Shown here piece by piece: positions 26,674-36,644 of a DNA stretch of 64,000 bases (within the stretch, counting starts at the first letter, position 1; every line of letters begins with the position of its first letter). The notes under the pieces are model-generated. The model ran no database searches, was not told where the DNA came from, and saw only the letters and a program-made list of their open reading frames with translations. This stretch comes from Clostridia bacterium (GTDB lineage Bacteria > Bacillota > Clostridia > Monoglobales > Firm-18). The DNA lies in NCBI GenBank assembly GCA_045660545.1, contig JAZREA010000021.1, positions 86,503 to 150,502 of the forward strand. The letters run 5' to 3'. Made by a program: the position numbers and the translations under genes.

Positions 26674-28665
26674 TTAAGAAACGTCTATCATTTCAAGATA
26701 CTTACCGCCGTTTTTAGCTATATGCTCCTTACGGCCCGAAAGGTTGTCTCCGAGTAAAAGCTCGAACTTCGCCTTAGCAAGCGCGGCGTCGTCCGGCATA
26801 ACGCGTATTAAGCGTCTCGTCTCGGGGCACATTGTGGTTAGCCACATCATATCCGGCTGGTTTTCGCCCAGACCCTTGCTGCGTTGGATTGTATATTTAA
26901 GACCCTCTATTCTGTCCAAAATCTCTGCCTTTTCCGCCTCGGTGTAGGCAAACTCGGTCTTTTCCTCCTTGCCGTCCTTGTAGTTAATTTCAAAAAGCGG
27001 AGACTCAGCGATATATACATAGCCCTTTTCAATCAGCGTCGGAACAAGCCTGTAAAGCATTGTAAGAATCAGCGTTCTTATCTGGAAGCCGTCGACGTCT
27101 GCATCGGTACAGATTATAATCTTGTTCCAGCGCAGGTTTTCAAGCTCAAAGGTGTTAAAGTCCTTGTTGTGCTTTGAACTTGCCTCTACACCACAGCCTA
27201 AAACTCTTAAAAGGTCTATTATAATCTCGCTTTTAAAGATTTTGTTGTAGTCTGCTTTTAAGCAGTTTAATATCTTACCACGAACAGGTATAACCGCCTG
27301 GAACTCGCTGTCTCGTCCAAGCTTACAGCTTGTAAGAGCAGAGTCACCCTCCACGATGTAGACCTCACGCCTTGAAACATCCTTTGTACGACAGTCGGCG
27401 AATTTTGGCACCTTTGAGAGCACGTCGTTGTTGCCTGTTAACATCTTTTTGACGTTGATTCTGGTCTTTTCGGCGTTTTCACGGCTCCTTTTGTTGATAA
27501 GCACTTGGTCTGCTATCTTTTCGGCATCGACCTTGTTTTCGATAAGATAAACGTTTAATGTCTCCTTTAAAAAGTCGGTCATAGCCTCTTGAATAAACTT
27601 GTTCGTTATAGACTTTTTGGTCTGGTTTTCGTAGCTTGTAATTGTCGAAAACGAATTACTTACCAGGCAAAGGCAGTCTTCAATATCCTCAAACTTAATC
27701 TTAGATTCATTCTTTTTATACTTGTCTGTCTGCTTAATATACTGGTCTATCACTGACACAAAAGCGCTTTTAACCGCCCTGTCAGGAGAGCCGCCGTGCT
27801 CCAAAAAGCTGGAGTTGTGGTAGTATTCAGTAAGCGTCACCTCGTTGCTGAAACAAAACGCAACAGAAAGCTTAACCTTGTAGTCCTGCTTGTCCTCGCG
27901 GTCGCGTCCTTTGCGCTCTGTCTCGTAGAAAACGGGCGTGGTAAGCGCCGTTGTAGCAACAAGCTCACCCACATAGTCGATAATTCCGTTTTCGTACAAA
28001 AACTCTTCGTCTTCAAAGTTCCCTTCCGCGTCCTCATAATGCAGAACAAACTTAACGCCCGTGTTAACCACGGCCTGCTTTTTCATAACGTTTAAGAAAT
28101 ATTCACGCGGTATATCTATGTCGGTAAAAACTTCAAGGTCGGGCTTCCAGCGAATCTTACTTCCCGTAGCCTTAAAGCGGGTAGGCTCGGACTGCAAACC
28201 GCCGATGTTTTCGCCCTTTTCAAAGTGCAGCTTGTGGATTTGTCCGTCTCTTCTTACCTCTACGTCCATATATTCCGAAGCGTACTGTGTTGCGCACGCA
28301 CCGAGTCCGTTAAGCCCCAGCGAAAACTCATAGTTTTCTCCGTCGTTGTTGTTATATTTACCGCCCGCGTACATTTCGCAAAAGATAAGCTCCCAGTTAT
28401 AGCGGTTTTCCTTTTCGTTAAAGCCTAAGGGGATACCTCGCCCAAAGTCTTCGACCTGAATACTTCCGTCGTAAAAGCGCGTAACCTCTATAACCTTTCC
28501 GTAGCCTTCTCTCGCCTCGTCGATAGAGTTTGACAAAATCTCAAAGACCGAGTGGCAACACCCGTCAAGGCCGTCCGAGCCGAAGATTACACCCGGGCGT
28601 TTTCTTACTCTGTCGGCGCCTTTTAAAACCGATATTGAGGAATCGTCATATTGATTATTTTTCAT
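26674..28665 (-). CDS. Type IIA topoisomerase subunit B (GyrB/ParE family, probably ParE-like)
   Basis: RVRKRPG, EILSNSIDE, DFGRGIP, GLNGLG, VEGDSA, PVRGKILN, TDADVDG, QRSKGLGE. Confidence 0.9.
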   Translation of the reverse strand: MKNNQYDDSSISVLKGADRVRKRPGVIFGSDGLDGCCHSVFEILSNSIDEAREGYGKVIEVTRFYDGSIQVEDFGRGIPLGFNEKENRYNWELIFCEMYAGGKYNNNDGENYEFSLGLNGLGACATQYASEYMDVEVRRDGQIHKLHFEKGENIGGLQSEPTRFKATGSKIRWKPDLEVFTDIDIPREYFLNVMKKQAVVNTGVKFVLHYEDAEGNFEDEEFLYENGIIDYVGELVATTALTTPVFYETERKGRDREDKQDYKVKLSVAFCFSNEVTLTEYYHNSSFLEHGGSPDRAVKSAFVSVIDQYIKQTDKYKKNESKIKFEDIEDCLCLVSNSFSTITSYENQTKKSITNKFIQEAMTDFLKETLNVYLIENKVDAEKIADQVLINKRSRENAEKTRINVKKMLTGNNDVLSKVPKFADCRTKDVSRREVYIVEGDSALTSCKLGRDSEFQAVIPVRGKILNCLKADYNKIFKSEIIIDLLRVLGCGVEASSKHNKDFNTFELENLRWNKIIICTDADVDGFQIRTLILTMLYRLVPTLIEKGYVYIAESPLFEINYKDGKEEKTEFAYTEAEKAEILDRIEGLKYTIQRSKGLGENQPDMMWLTTMCPETRRLIRVMPDDAALAKAKFELLLGDNLSGRKEHIAKNGGKYLEMIDVS

Positions 28666-28732
28666 AATACCTTGATTCTTCCTTTCTGTAACACCTTATA
28701 TTAAGAAGTCTGTTATTAACATATTTACGAAA

Positions 28733-28761
28733 ATTGTACCACAAAACGAGTTAATAGTCAA
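28733..28761 (-). promoter_or_regulatory. Sigma-A promoter of the topoisomerase B gene
   Basis: TTGACT-17-TACAAT, downstream of a terminator-like hairpin at 28766-28808. Confidence 0.7.
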
Positions 28762-28809
28762 TCTAAAAAACAAAAGCAGCCACAATTAAATGTGACTGCT
28801 CTTTTAACT

Positions 28810-29451
28810 TTATACATTATGTTGTATTTGAGTAATTAGTCCGTTAAGATGTTCTGTGTTGTTGTATGAATCTACTGTGAACTTGCCGTCTTCATAAGTA
28901 ACATAAGCAAGAGACGCGTTTTTAACCCAACGTTCACCATATTTCATATCGTCAAGAGTCTGGTTATTGAACTTAGTAAGCAGACATTTTACAGGAGTAG
29001 CATGGGTAGCGATAAAGACAGTTTTGCCGTCGTTTTCCTTAGCTATTCTCTCCACTTCGTCGCAAACTCGCTCCAAAAGCTCTGCCACACTCTCGCCGTT
29101 TGTGCACACAGAGTTTCCTACATCTTCGAGCCATACCTTGTAGTCATCTGCAAATATTGTTTCGAGGTCATCAAAGAGGCGGTTTTCCCAGTCGCCAGCA
29201 TATATTTCTCTTAGCTTTTCGCACTTTTCAACATCAAGACCGTGAACATCCGCAACAATCTTTGCTGTTTCGTACGCTCTTTTAAGGTCGCTTGAATAAA
29301 CCTTGTCAATATGTACGTCCTTTAAATATGCCGCAGCCATTCTGGCCTGCTCTCTGCCCTTTTCAGACAATTCCATATCAGTATAGCCTGTAAACGTGTC
29401 AGTATAGTTTCCCATACTTTCTCCGTGTCTTATTATTATTAATTTTGTCAT
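28810..29451 (-). CDS. Histidine phosphatase (PGM-like) family
   Basis: IIRHGES, VYSSDLKRA, LREIYAG, GES, ATH. Confidence 0.9.
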   Translation of the reverse strand: MTKLIIIRHGESMGNYTDTFTGYTDMELSEKGREQARMAAAYLKDVHIDKVYSSDLKRAYETAKIVADVHGLDVEKCEKLREIYAGDWENRLFDDLETIFADDYKVWLEDVGNSVCTNGESVAELLERVCDEVERIAKENDGKTVFIATHATPVKCLLTKFNNQTLDDMKYGERWVKNASLAYVTYEDGKFTVDSYNNTEHLNGLITQIQHNV

Positions 29452-29489
29452 AACAAAACTTCTCCTATTTGCATTTTGGGGGGCGGTTA

Positions 29490-29849
29490 TTAACCTTCGA
29501 TAGCCTTGGTTGCGATGATGTCCGCACCTGTTCCTAAAATATTTTCAATAATCACGCTGTGCATAGCAACAGGAAGGCTTACCTTAACCTTGCGGATTTC
29601 GTCCATGCAGTCAAGAATCAATTCCTTAGGTAACGGCTTGGAAGAACGAACCGGCAAAAGGTCGGACTCTATGCCTTCCATCTTAACTGTTGTAGTCAAA
29701 ATTCTAACAGGATGAGCATACTCTGAGCTTGCGTAGTCAAGACCTCTTTTGCAGCCGTATCCTTCTACTGTGCTAACCTGTTCTCCGTTTCCGTCAACGA
29801 TAATATGACAACCACGTGGGCAGACTGTACAAATGATTTCCTTTTTCAT
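29490..29849 (-). CDS. DUF1667 small Cys protein (putative FeS subunit)
   Basis: ICTVCPRGC...GYGCKRG, PVR. Third gene of the GlpA-like trio. Confidence 0.85.
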   Translation of the reverse strand: MKKEIICTVCPRGCHIIVDGNGEQVSTVEGYGCKRGLDYASSEYAHPVRILTTTVKMEGIESDLLPVRSSKPLPKELILDCMDEIRKVKVSLPVAMHSVIIENILGTGADIIATKAIEG

Positions 29850-31115
29850 TTATTTGTCCTCCTTTACAATCTCAACGGTAACTTCGTTTCCGGAGATTTT
29901 AGAAGAATCGAGTACCATATGATTCATCTCACCCGGATTTACGCGAAATTCTTTCTTTTCAGCAATTACGTTATCTCCACAACGCATTACCAATTTAACA
30001 TTCTCCTGCGGCGCAAGTACGCGGAAGTATACGTCGATTTTCTCATCCTCGTCAGAAAGAGCAACATACTGTGGGCACAAATAGCGAACGTTGTTTCCGC
30101 ATACCATAGCCACATCCTGCTTCTTTTTCGGGAATGTGTTGTTTGCAAAGCGTGCTGCATAAGCACCGGCTCTTTCACTTTCCGTACTAACGTTGTCTAC
30201 AAGGTCGTTAACGTGTACTACGTTACCGCATGCGAACACGCCCGGTGCAGTAGTTTCCATATACTGGTTAACAACAGGTCCGTTAGTTACAGGGTAAATT
30301 TCGATACCTGCTTTGCGTGTGATTTCGTTTTCAGGCATAAGTCCTACCGAGAACAAAACTGTATCACATTCAACAAACTCTTCTTTGTCCAAAATAGGCT
30401 GTTTCTTTTCATCAACAGGCGCTACATAAACGCCCTCTACACGCTCGTCTCCGACGATTCTTGTAATTGTGTGAGCAAGCTTCAACGGAATACCAAAGTC
30501 GTCAAGACACTGTACTCTGTTACGTGTAAGACCTGCGAGGAAGTCCATAAGCTCAACCACCATAACAACCTTAGCGCCTTCCAAAGTCATACGGCGTGCC
30601 ATAATCATTCCGATATCGCCCGAGCCTAAGATAACAACTTTCTTACCAACCATAATGTTTTGACGGTTGATAAGTCTTTGTGCAGCACCCGCTGTGTAAA
30701 GACCTGCCGGACGAGTACCCGGAACCATGATGTTGGCTCTGGTCTTTTCACGACAACCCATTGCAAGAACAATACTTCCTGCGCTTACGCGGGTCATACC
30801 GTACTTGCTGTTTGTTGCGATAACTTCCTTTTTCTCTTCGTCTATGCTAAGCACCATTGAATTTAAAAGTGTTTCTACTTTAAGTTCCTTGGCTTTTTCT
30901 ACAAATCTTGTGTAGTATTCAGGACCTGTAAGCTCTTCTTTAAAGCGCTGAAGTCCAAATCCCGGATGAATACACTGCTGCAAAATTCCGCCCAAAGCGT
31001 AGTCTCTCTCTAAAATAAGAACGTCTTTTGCTCCCTGTTCCTTTGCCGCAATAGCAGCCGCAAGACCCGCAGGACCGCCGCCAATAACAGCTACATCACA
31101 TTTTATTTCATACAT
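29850..31115 (-). CDS. FAD/NAD(P)-dependent oxidoreductase (pyridine nucleotide-disulfide type)
   Basis: IGGGPAGL, GGILQQCIHPGFG, AMGCRE, LGSGDIG, FACGNVVHV. Confidence 0.9.
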   Translation of the reverse strand: MYEIKCDVAVIGGGPAGLAAAIAAKEQGAKDVLILERDYALGGILQQCIHPGFGLQRFKEELTGPEYYTRFVEKAKELKVETLLNSMVLSIDEEKKEVIATNSKYGMTRVSAGSIVLAMGCREKTRANIMVPGTRPAGLYTAGAAQRLINRQNIMVGKKVVILGSGDIGMIMARRMTLEGAKVVMVVELMDFLAGLTRNRVQCLDDFGIPLKLAHTITRIVGDERVEGVYVAPVDEKKQPILDKEEFVECDTVLFSVGLMPENEITRKAGIEIYPVTNGPVVNQYMETTAPGVFACGNVVHVNDLVDNVSTESERAGAYAARFANNTFPKKKQDVAMVCGNNVRYLCPQYVALSDEDEKIDVYFRVLAPQENVKLVMRCGDNVIAEKKEFRVNPGEMNHMVLDSSKISGNEVTVEIVKEDK

Positions 31116-31140
31116 ATCAGCAATACTCCTTTCGGTTGGT

Positions 31141-32580
31141 CTATCGTGTGCTGCCGGTAACCATGTAAGAACCGGCGTTGTTTTTGTTGATATCTGTTGC
31201 CTTTAAATTAAGCTCGCGCGCTAATATTTCGATTACCTTAGGACCGCAGAAGCCTCCCTGACAACGTCCCATACCTGCACGTACGCGGCGCTTAATTGCG
31301 TCTACACTGCGTGCGCCCAAAGGTCTGTGGATAGCGTCAAGAATTTCTGCCTCGGTAATAGTTTCGCATCTGCAAATAACGTTGCCGTATAGCGGATTTT
31401 CACGAACAAGCTCTTCTTGTACTTCAAGAGGCTGTTCACAGAATTTGATAATACCTTTTCTCGTTTTAATAAAGTTGTCCTTTAATACAAATCCTGCACC
31501 TGCCATAAGCATCTGTTCAACAACATACTTACCCATTGACAAAGACAAGGTAAGACCGGTAGAACGAACACCCGAAAGGTTTATGTATCCTTCTAAGTCA
31601 TCATACATATCAAAGTGGAGTCCCTCAGGATTTCTGTTAGGACGAAGTCCGCTGTACTGAGTGATGGTATCTCTGATATTAACGTTTGGAATAAGGTTTC
31701 TTACATCATTAACGATGCTGTCGAGACCTTCCTTGGAGGTAGCCTTGTTAACCTTGGACTCCTGGTCTTCTGCAGTAGGTCCAACGAGCATGTTACCATG
31801 AATAGTCGGGCACATCAACTTACCCTTTGTAATTTTGGTAGGTATTGGAAGAACAATGTACTCTACCTGGCAGGATGTGTTCTTGTCAAGAATAAAGAAC
31901 TGGCCCTTTCTTGCAACAACCTTATAGTCTGCCTTGCCGACCATTTCTGCTATCTCGTCGCAGTAAAGTCCTGCGCAGTTAATAACATACTTAGTCTCTA
32001 TTTCTCCGTTGGTGGTAACAACAGTCTTTACCTTACCGTTTTCCGTAACAATATCTGTTACGCGAGTGTTAAGCATAAACTCTACGCCGTTTGCAAAAGC
32101 GTTTTCTGCCAATGCCTGAACAAAAATAAACGGGTCTATAATACTCTCTCTTGGAATGAACAGACCGCCCTTTACCTCAGGGTTAAGGTTCGGCTCCATT
32201 TCAAGAAGCTCTTTTGCGCTCTTATATTCTATATCGTATACGTGGTTTTTAAACGCCTTTTGCTTAATAGCAGGCAGCTGTTCAAACTGCTCGTCAGTAA
32301 TAGCGGGCAATATAGCACCTATTCTGCTAAACGGTACGTCCAGGTCTTTAACAACCTCATCATACATAGGGTTAGCCGCAACAACAAGCTGAGATTCCAA
32401 AGTTCCCGGAGCCGCGTCATATCCTGTATGAATAATTGCACTGTTAGACTTGGAAGCATCGCCGCCAACATCTTCATTCTTTTCAACTACAATGACGTTT
32501 ACGTTGTACTTTGAAAGTTCTCTGGCAACTGCGCAACCTACTGCACCCGCGCCAATAACCACAACATCGGTTTTTTTCAT
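31141..32580 (-). CDS. FAD-dependent dehydrogenase with BFD-like [2Fe-2S] domain (GlpA/LhgO-like)
   Basis: IGAGAVG, ASKSNSAIIHTG, C-terminal CRCE...GMGRCQGGFC. Confidence 0.9.
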   Translation of the reverse strand: MKKTDVVVIGAGAVGCAVARELSKYNVNVIVVEKNEDVGGDASKSNSAIIHTGYDAAPGTLESQLVVAANPMYDEVVKDLDVPFSRIGAILPAITDEQFEQLPAIKQKAFKNHVYDIEYKSAKELLEMEPNLNPEVKGGLFIPRESIIDPFIFVQALAENAFANGVEFMLNTRVTDIVTENGKVKTVVTTNGEIETKYVINCAGLYCDEIAEMVGKADYKVVARKGQFFILDKNTSCQVEYIVLPIPTKITKGKLMCPTIHGNMLVGPTAEDQESKVNKATSKEGLDSIVNDVRNLIPNVNIRDTITQYSGLRPNRNPEGLHFDMYDDLEGYINLSGVRSTGLTLSLSMGKYVVEQMLMAGAGFVLKDNFIKTRKGIIKFCEQPLEVQEELVRENPLYGNVICRCETITEAEILDAIHRPLGARSVDAIKRRVRAGMGRCQGGFCGPKVIEILARELNLKATDINKNNAGSYMVTGSTR

Positions 32581-32638
32581 ATTTTGATACCTTCCTCTCC
32601 ATCTACTTCAAAGTTTCACTACTAATTACAATAACATA

Positions 32639-32677
32639 TTGTCACAATGTTGTCAATATGTTGTCAACATTTTGTCA
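32639..32677. promoter_or_regulatory. Four TTGTCA direct repeats at exact 11-bp period (operator array)
   Basis: TTGTCA starts at 32639, 32650, 32661 and 32672, 59-97 nt upstream of the dehydrogenase ATG. Confidence 0.75.
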
Positions 32678-32731
32678 AAAAAATACACCTGAATATGTTA
32701 AAATTTCAAGTGTATTTTTCTGTTTGGTCAT

Positions 32732-33487
32732 TTAATCGGCAATAATCACCTTAACACCCATTTTTTCAATGTCGCTCAACATCTTTTTGGGCGCCTTTGA
32801 ATCACAAATCAAAACGTCGATATCCTCTATATCACAAACCTTGCACATAGTCTGTACTCCAAACTTGCTGAAATCCGCAAGCGCTATAACCTGGTTAGCA
32901 TTTTTTACAAGGTAGTTTCGCACAAACGCCTCCTCGGACACAAAGTCGGTAACTCCGTCTGTCGTTATTCCCCCGACACCGATAAACACTTTGTTGAAAA
33001 CAAACTTGTCCATATTATCTATCGTAAACGAGCCTGAAAGCGACAGCTCCTTTGACCTTAGCGTACCGCCGGGAATTATTACCTCGCACCCCTTTTCAGA
33101 AAGTGCTATCGCCGTTCTGATAGAGTTTGTAAAAGCATGGATGTTCTTGCCCTCGTCAAGCTGCTTGGCCAAAAGCAATACGTTTGTACCTATGTCGAAA
33201 AACACTGCGTCCTGCGAATTAATCAGCTTTTCCGCCTCGGTTGCAATAGCGAGCTTTTCGTCATAATTTAAAGATTCCCTGTTTAAGTAGTTTGGCTCTG
33301 CGGTCATAAACTTGTTGCTCGCCGCACCGCCATAGACCTTTTTAATCATACCCTGTTTTTCAAGATACGTCAGGTCTCGCCTTATAGTCTCGATAGATAC
33401 GCCAAGTCTTTTGACGAGCTCCTCGCTTTTTACAGTGCCCTCTGTATTTATTATTTCAGCAATCTGTTTTCTTCTGTCAAGATTCAT
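32732..33487 (-). CDS. DeoR/GlpR family transcriptional regulator
   Basis: HTH VSIETIRRDL, KVYGGA, FFDIGT, TNS, IPGG, DFSKFG. Confidence 0.93.
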   Translation of the reverse strand: MNLDRRKQIAEIINTEGTVKSEELVKRLGVSIETIRRDLTYLEKQGMIKKVYGGAASNKFMTAEPNYLNRESLNYDEKLAIATEAEKLINSQDAVFFDIGTNVLLLAKQLDEGKNIHAFTNSIRTAIALSEKGCEVIIPGGTLRSKELSLSGSFTIDNMDKFVFNKVFIGVGGITTDGVTDFVSEEAFVRNYLVKNANQVIALADFSKFGVQTMCKVCDIEDIDVLICDSKAPKKMLSDIEKMGVKVIIAD

Positions 33488-33511
33488 TCCATTTACTTCC
33501 CTTACAAAAGT

Positions 33512-35038
33512 TTATACGGTATGTAAATATTTTGGTGCAGAAATATCCTTTTTCTCAATTTCCTGGAAAGGATACAGCGGAGAAGGTATTTTACTAAACG
33601 GCAAGTCTTGTAAAACAGGTCCTGCTGCACCGGGAGTAGCTGTGTTGCATACCATATATGATACAGGCTCATATCCTGCACGAAGCGATGTACAAGCCTT
33701 TACAGAAACGACTCTGCACAATGTCGGCTCAATTCCAAAGCCTCTGTAAAACTGTAAGTCTCCGTTGTTCTCAGCGTTGCTTGTTAAAAGAATCTGTATT
33801 TGGCCAACGGTAATTACCGCACACTTGCCCAGATATCTGTACTGTCCACGCTCTGCCGGTCCCTGCATAGTAAATGTTCCTTTGTGAAGGCTCTTAACCT
33901 CTGCGTCTTTAACCAACACAGGCTTGCTGAGCAAAGGAGCTATACTTGCGCCAAGCTCAAAGTCGCCTATTCCGCCGACTCCAAGTTCAAATGCAAGCTC
34001 TATTGCCTTTTTGTCGTTAATGGAAACTGCCGCAGACAAAGTGTCCTTGTAAGGAAGCAGGTGTTCAATAACCGTAGCACAGTCACCACACGCACCCGCG
34101 TTTGGAGAGTCTGCCGAATCTACGATAACCACCGGCTTATCCTCAGGGTTTTTAATAGCCTCTTCGATTACCTCGTCAATCGTCATAAGAGGTTCGCCCT
34201 GTATATCTTCTCTGATATCGAACTCGTCTTCCGCAAGTTCAAGAGCAATCTTCTTAGCTTTCTCCTTGTCATCTGCAACTACAACAACAGTTGATGCAAA
34301 GTCAACAATATCCATCCAAGGCTGTGCCTGGAAAATTGTAAAGTCTATAATTTCCCCGCTGTTTTGCATAGCCCACGCCTTGTCCATAAGCTCTTTAAGC
34401 TTGCCCTTTGATGTGGTGTATGCGTGAGCAGGTGCTATAACGGGAATCCTTACGGTGCAAGCGTACATCTGCTTTCCCTCAACCTTATCCATCGCCAAAG
34501 ACGCCGCACGGCAGCCCACTTCGTAGTGGTCGATGTGCGGATATGTACGGTAACCGCATACAAAGTCCACGTTGTTAGCAAACTTGTCGGTTATGTTAGC
34601 GTGCAAATCGCAGGAAGCCGCAATCACAACGTCGTCACCAACCAAAGAACGAATGCTCGACAAAATGTCTCCGCAAACGTCGTCGCTTACATCAGAAACC
34701 GTAGCTCCGTGTAGCGAAACCACAACCGCATTAAGCGGAAGCGCTTCTTTAATAGCTTTTAGAGTCTTCTCTACAAAGCCGTCAACAACCTCGTGGCTGA
34801 CAGGAGCGCCACTTTTCGCTCTCATACGGATACCGCCGATAGCTGTATACTCCCTTTTCTTCAAGGTTTCAAGCATACCTCTTACCGTCTCTCCCGCCTT
34901 GCCGTTAGAGTTTACAAGATCTTCGCCCTCGTATATTCCTGCGCGCACAAAGTCATCATACTTTGCAAGCACAGGATTAAATGAGTTGGATTCCTGCAAA
35001 AACTCACAAACAAAAACCCTCTTTAACTGTTTGTCCAT
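33512..35038 (-). CDS. M81 family metallohydrolase (MlrC-like)
   Basis: ESNSFNP, LHGA, DLHAN, YRTYPHID, DSADSPNAG, VKAC motifs. Confidence 0.87.
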   Translation of the reverse strand: MDKQLKRVFVCEFLQESNSFNPVLAKYDDFVRAGIYEGEDLVNSNGKAGETVRGMLETLKKREYTAIGGIRMRAKSGAPVSHEVVDGFVEKTLKAIKEALPLNAVVVSLHGATVSDVSDDVCGDILSSIRSLVGDDVVIAASCDLHANITDKFANNVDFVCGYRTYPHIDHYEVGCRAASLAMDKVEGKQMYACTVRIPVIAPAHAYTTSKGKLKELMDKAWAMQNSGEIIDFTIFQAQPWMDIVDFASTVVVVADDKEKAKKIALELAEDEFDIREDIQGEPLMTIDEVIEEAIKNPEDKPVVIVDSADSPNAGACGDCATVIEHLLPYKDTLSAAVSINDKKAIELAFELGVGGIGDFELGASIAPLLSKPVLVKDAEVKSLHKGTFTMQGPAERGQYRYLGKCAVITVGQIQILLTSNAENNGDLQFYRGFGIEPTLCRVVSVKACTSLRAGYEPVSYMVCNTATPGAAGPVLQDLPFSKIPSPLYPFQEIEKKDISAPKYLHTV

Positions 35039-35189
35039 AGTTATAACTCCCCCTATATCCCTTAAATAATTAATAAATTAACCCCATAGGAATTTGCATA
35101 TTTATTCTACAACAAAACAAATGACTTGTAAAGACCCTATTTTTATGGTACTATACATATGTAGTTATTAATAATACGGATGTGATTGT

Positions 35190-35633
35190 GTGAAAACAGT
35201 GTATCTTTATACCGACGGCGCATGCAGCGGCAACCCCGGCCCGGGCGGCTACGGCGCTATTTTAAAATATAATAATTATGAAAAGGAAATCTCCGGAGGC
35301 GAGCAAAACACCACCAACAACCGAATGGAGCTTACGGCTGTTATAAAGGGGCTCGAGGCCTTGACCGAAAGGTGCCACGTCGTACTTACAAGCGACTCGA
35401 AGTATGTAATTGACGCGCTTGAAAAAGGATGGGCTATCGGTTGGAGACAAAAGGGCTGGATGCGTTCTAAAAACGAAAAGGCGCTAAACCCCGACCTTTG
35501 GGACGTTCTTTTAAAGCTCGTAGAGTACCACGAAATTGAGTACCATTGGGTTAAAGGGCACGCAGGCCATCCGGAGAACGAAAGGTGCGACGCTCTGGCT
35601 GTCGCGGCAATAGAAAAGTTTAAAAATGTGTAA
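35190..35633 (+). CDS. rnhA: Ribonuclease HI
   Basis: [49 protein letters not shown]. Confidence 0.96.
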   Translation: MKTVYLYTDGACSGNPGPGGYGAILKYNNYEKEISGGEQNTTNNRMELTAVIKGLEALTERCHVVLTSDSKYVIDALEKGWAIGWRQKGWMRSKNEKALNPDLWDVLLKLVEYHEIEYHWVKGHAGHPENERCDALAVAAIEKFKNV

Positions 35634-35636
35634 AAC

Positions 35637-35710
35637 AAAGCGGAGATAAGTCATCTTATCTCCGCTTTTTTGCATAAAAAAATGGAAGAAACAAAGTTTC
35701 TTCCATTTTT
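35637..35710. terminator. Tandem terminator hairpins between convergent rnhA and tsf
   Basis: AAAGCGGAGATAAG-tcat-CTTATCTCCGCTTT, and AAAAATGGAAGAAAC-aaa-GTTTCTTCCATTTTT. Confidence 0.85.
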
Positions 35711-35723
35711 ATTTTAAAAATTA

Positions 35724-36620
35724 TTATTTAATCATGCTTGCAACTTCTGAAGCGAAGTCGTCATTTCTCTTTTCGATACCCTCGCCCTTTTCAAAGCGAA
35801 CGAAATCTACAAGCTTAACGCCCTTGGATGCAAGGTACTTTTCAACCTTAAAGTTAGAATCCTTAACGAACTCCTGCTGGTTTAAGCAGTTCTGCTCGTA
35901 GAACTTGTTAACCTTACCGATAAGCATTTTTTCCAAAATGTTTTCAGGCTTGCCTGCATTTTTCGGGTCTTCCTTCATCTGTGCCAAGATGATGTGCTTT
36001 TCGTGTTCAAGGTCTGCTTCAGGAACAGTAGTCTTGTCAAGGTAAGAAGGATTCATAGCTGCGATCTGCATTGCTACGTCTCTTGCAGCTTCCTTAGCTT
36101 CTGGGTTTGAAAGGTCGCCTTCAACCTTAACCATAACACCGATTCTTCCGCCCATGTGGATATAGTCCACAACGCTACCTTCGAAACGAGCGAACCTTCT
36201 AAGGTTCATGTTCTCGCCGATTTTAGCAATCTTCTCTGTAAGCATATCCTTGATTGTAACAGATGCATCGTCAACATAAGCGGACGAAAGCAAAGCGTCA
36301 ACGTCAGCAGGGTTTGTAGCGATAACCTGTTTTGCAATATTCTTAATAAGTTCCTGGAACTCTGCGTTTTTAGCAACAAAGTCTGTCTCAGAGTTAACTT
36401 CAACCATAGCGGCAACGTTACCGTCTACCAAGATGTCAACCATACCCTCAGAAGCTATTCTGCCGGCCTTTTTCTCAGCTGTTGCAAGACCCTTTTCTCT
36501 CAAAAAGTCCATAGCCTTGTCGAAATCGCCGTTAGTCTCTGTAAGAGCCTTTTTACAGTCCATCATACCGCAACCGGTTTTTTCACGCAAATTTTTAACA
36601 TCTGCAGCTGTAAAACTCAT
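35724..36620 (-). CDS. tsf: Elongation factor Ts
   Basis: VKNLREKTGCGMMDCKKAL, EVNSETDFVA, KIGENM. Confidence 0.97.
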   Translation of the reverse strand: MSFTAADVKNLREKTGCGMMDCKKALTETNGDFDKAMDFLREKGLATAEKKAGRIASEGMVDILVDGNVAAMVEVNSETDFVAKNAEFQELIKNIAKQVIATNPADVDALLSSAYVDDASVTIKDMLTEKIAKIGENMNLRRFARFEGSVVDYIHMGGRIGVMVKVEGDLSNPEAKEAARDVAMQIAAMNPSYLDKTTVPEADLEHEKHIILAQMKEDPKNAGKPENILEKMLIGKVNKFYEQNCLNQQEFVKDSNFKVEKYLASKGVKLVDFVRFEKGEGIEKRNDDFASEVASMIK

Positions 36621-36644
36621 ATATATAGTCTCCTTTTGATTAAA

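Noticed and set aside
29805-32514. Long antisense ORFs (274 aa at 29805-30629; 299 aa at 31615-32514)
   Set aside because: They lie exactly opposite well-formed oxidoreductase genes, with no RBS and no motifs. Biased codon usage on the real strand explains the lack of antisense stops.
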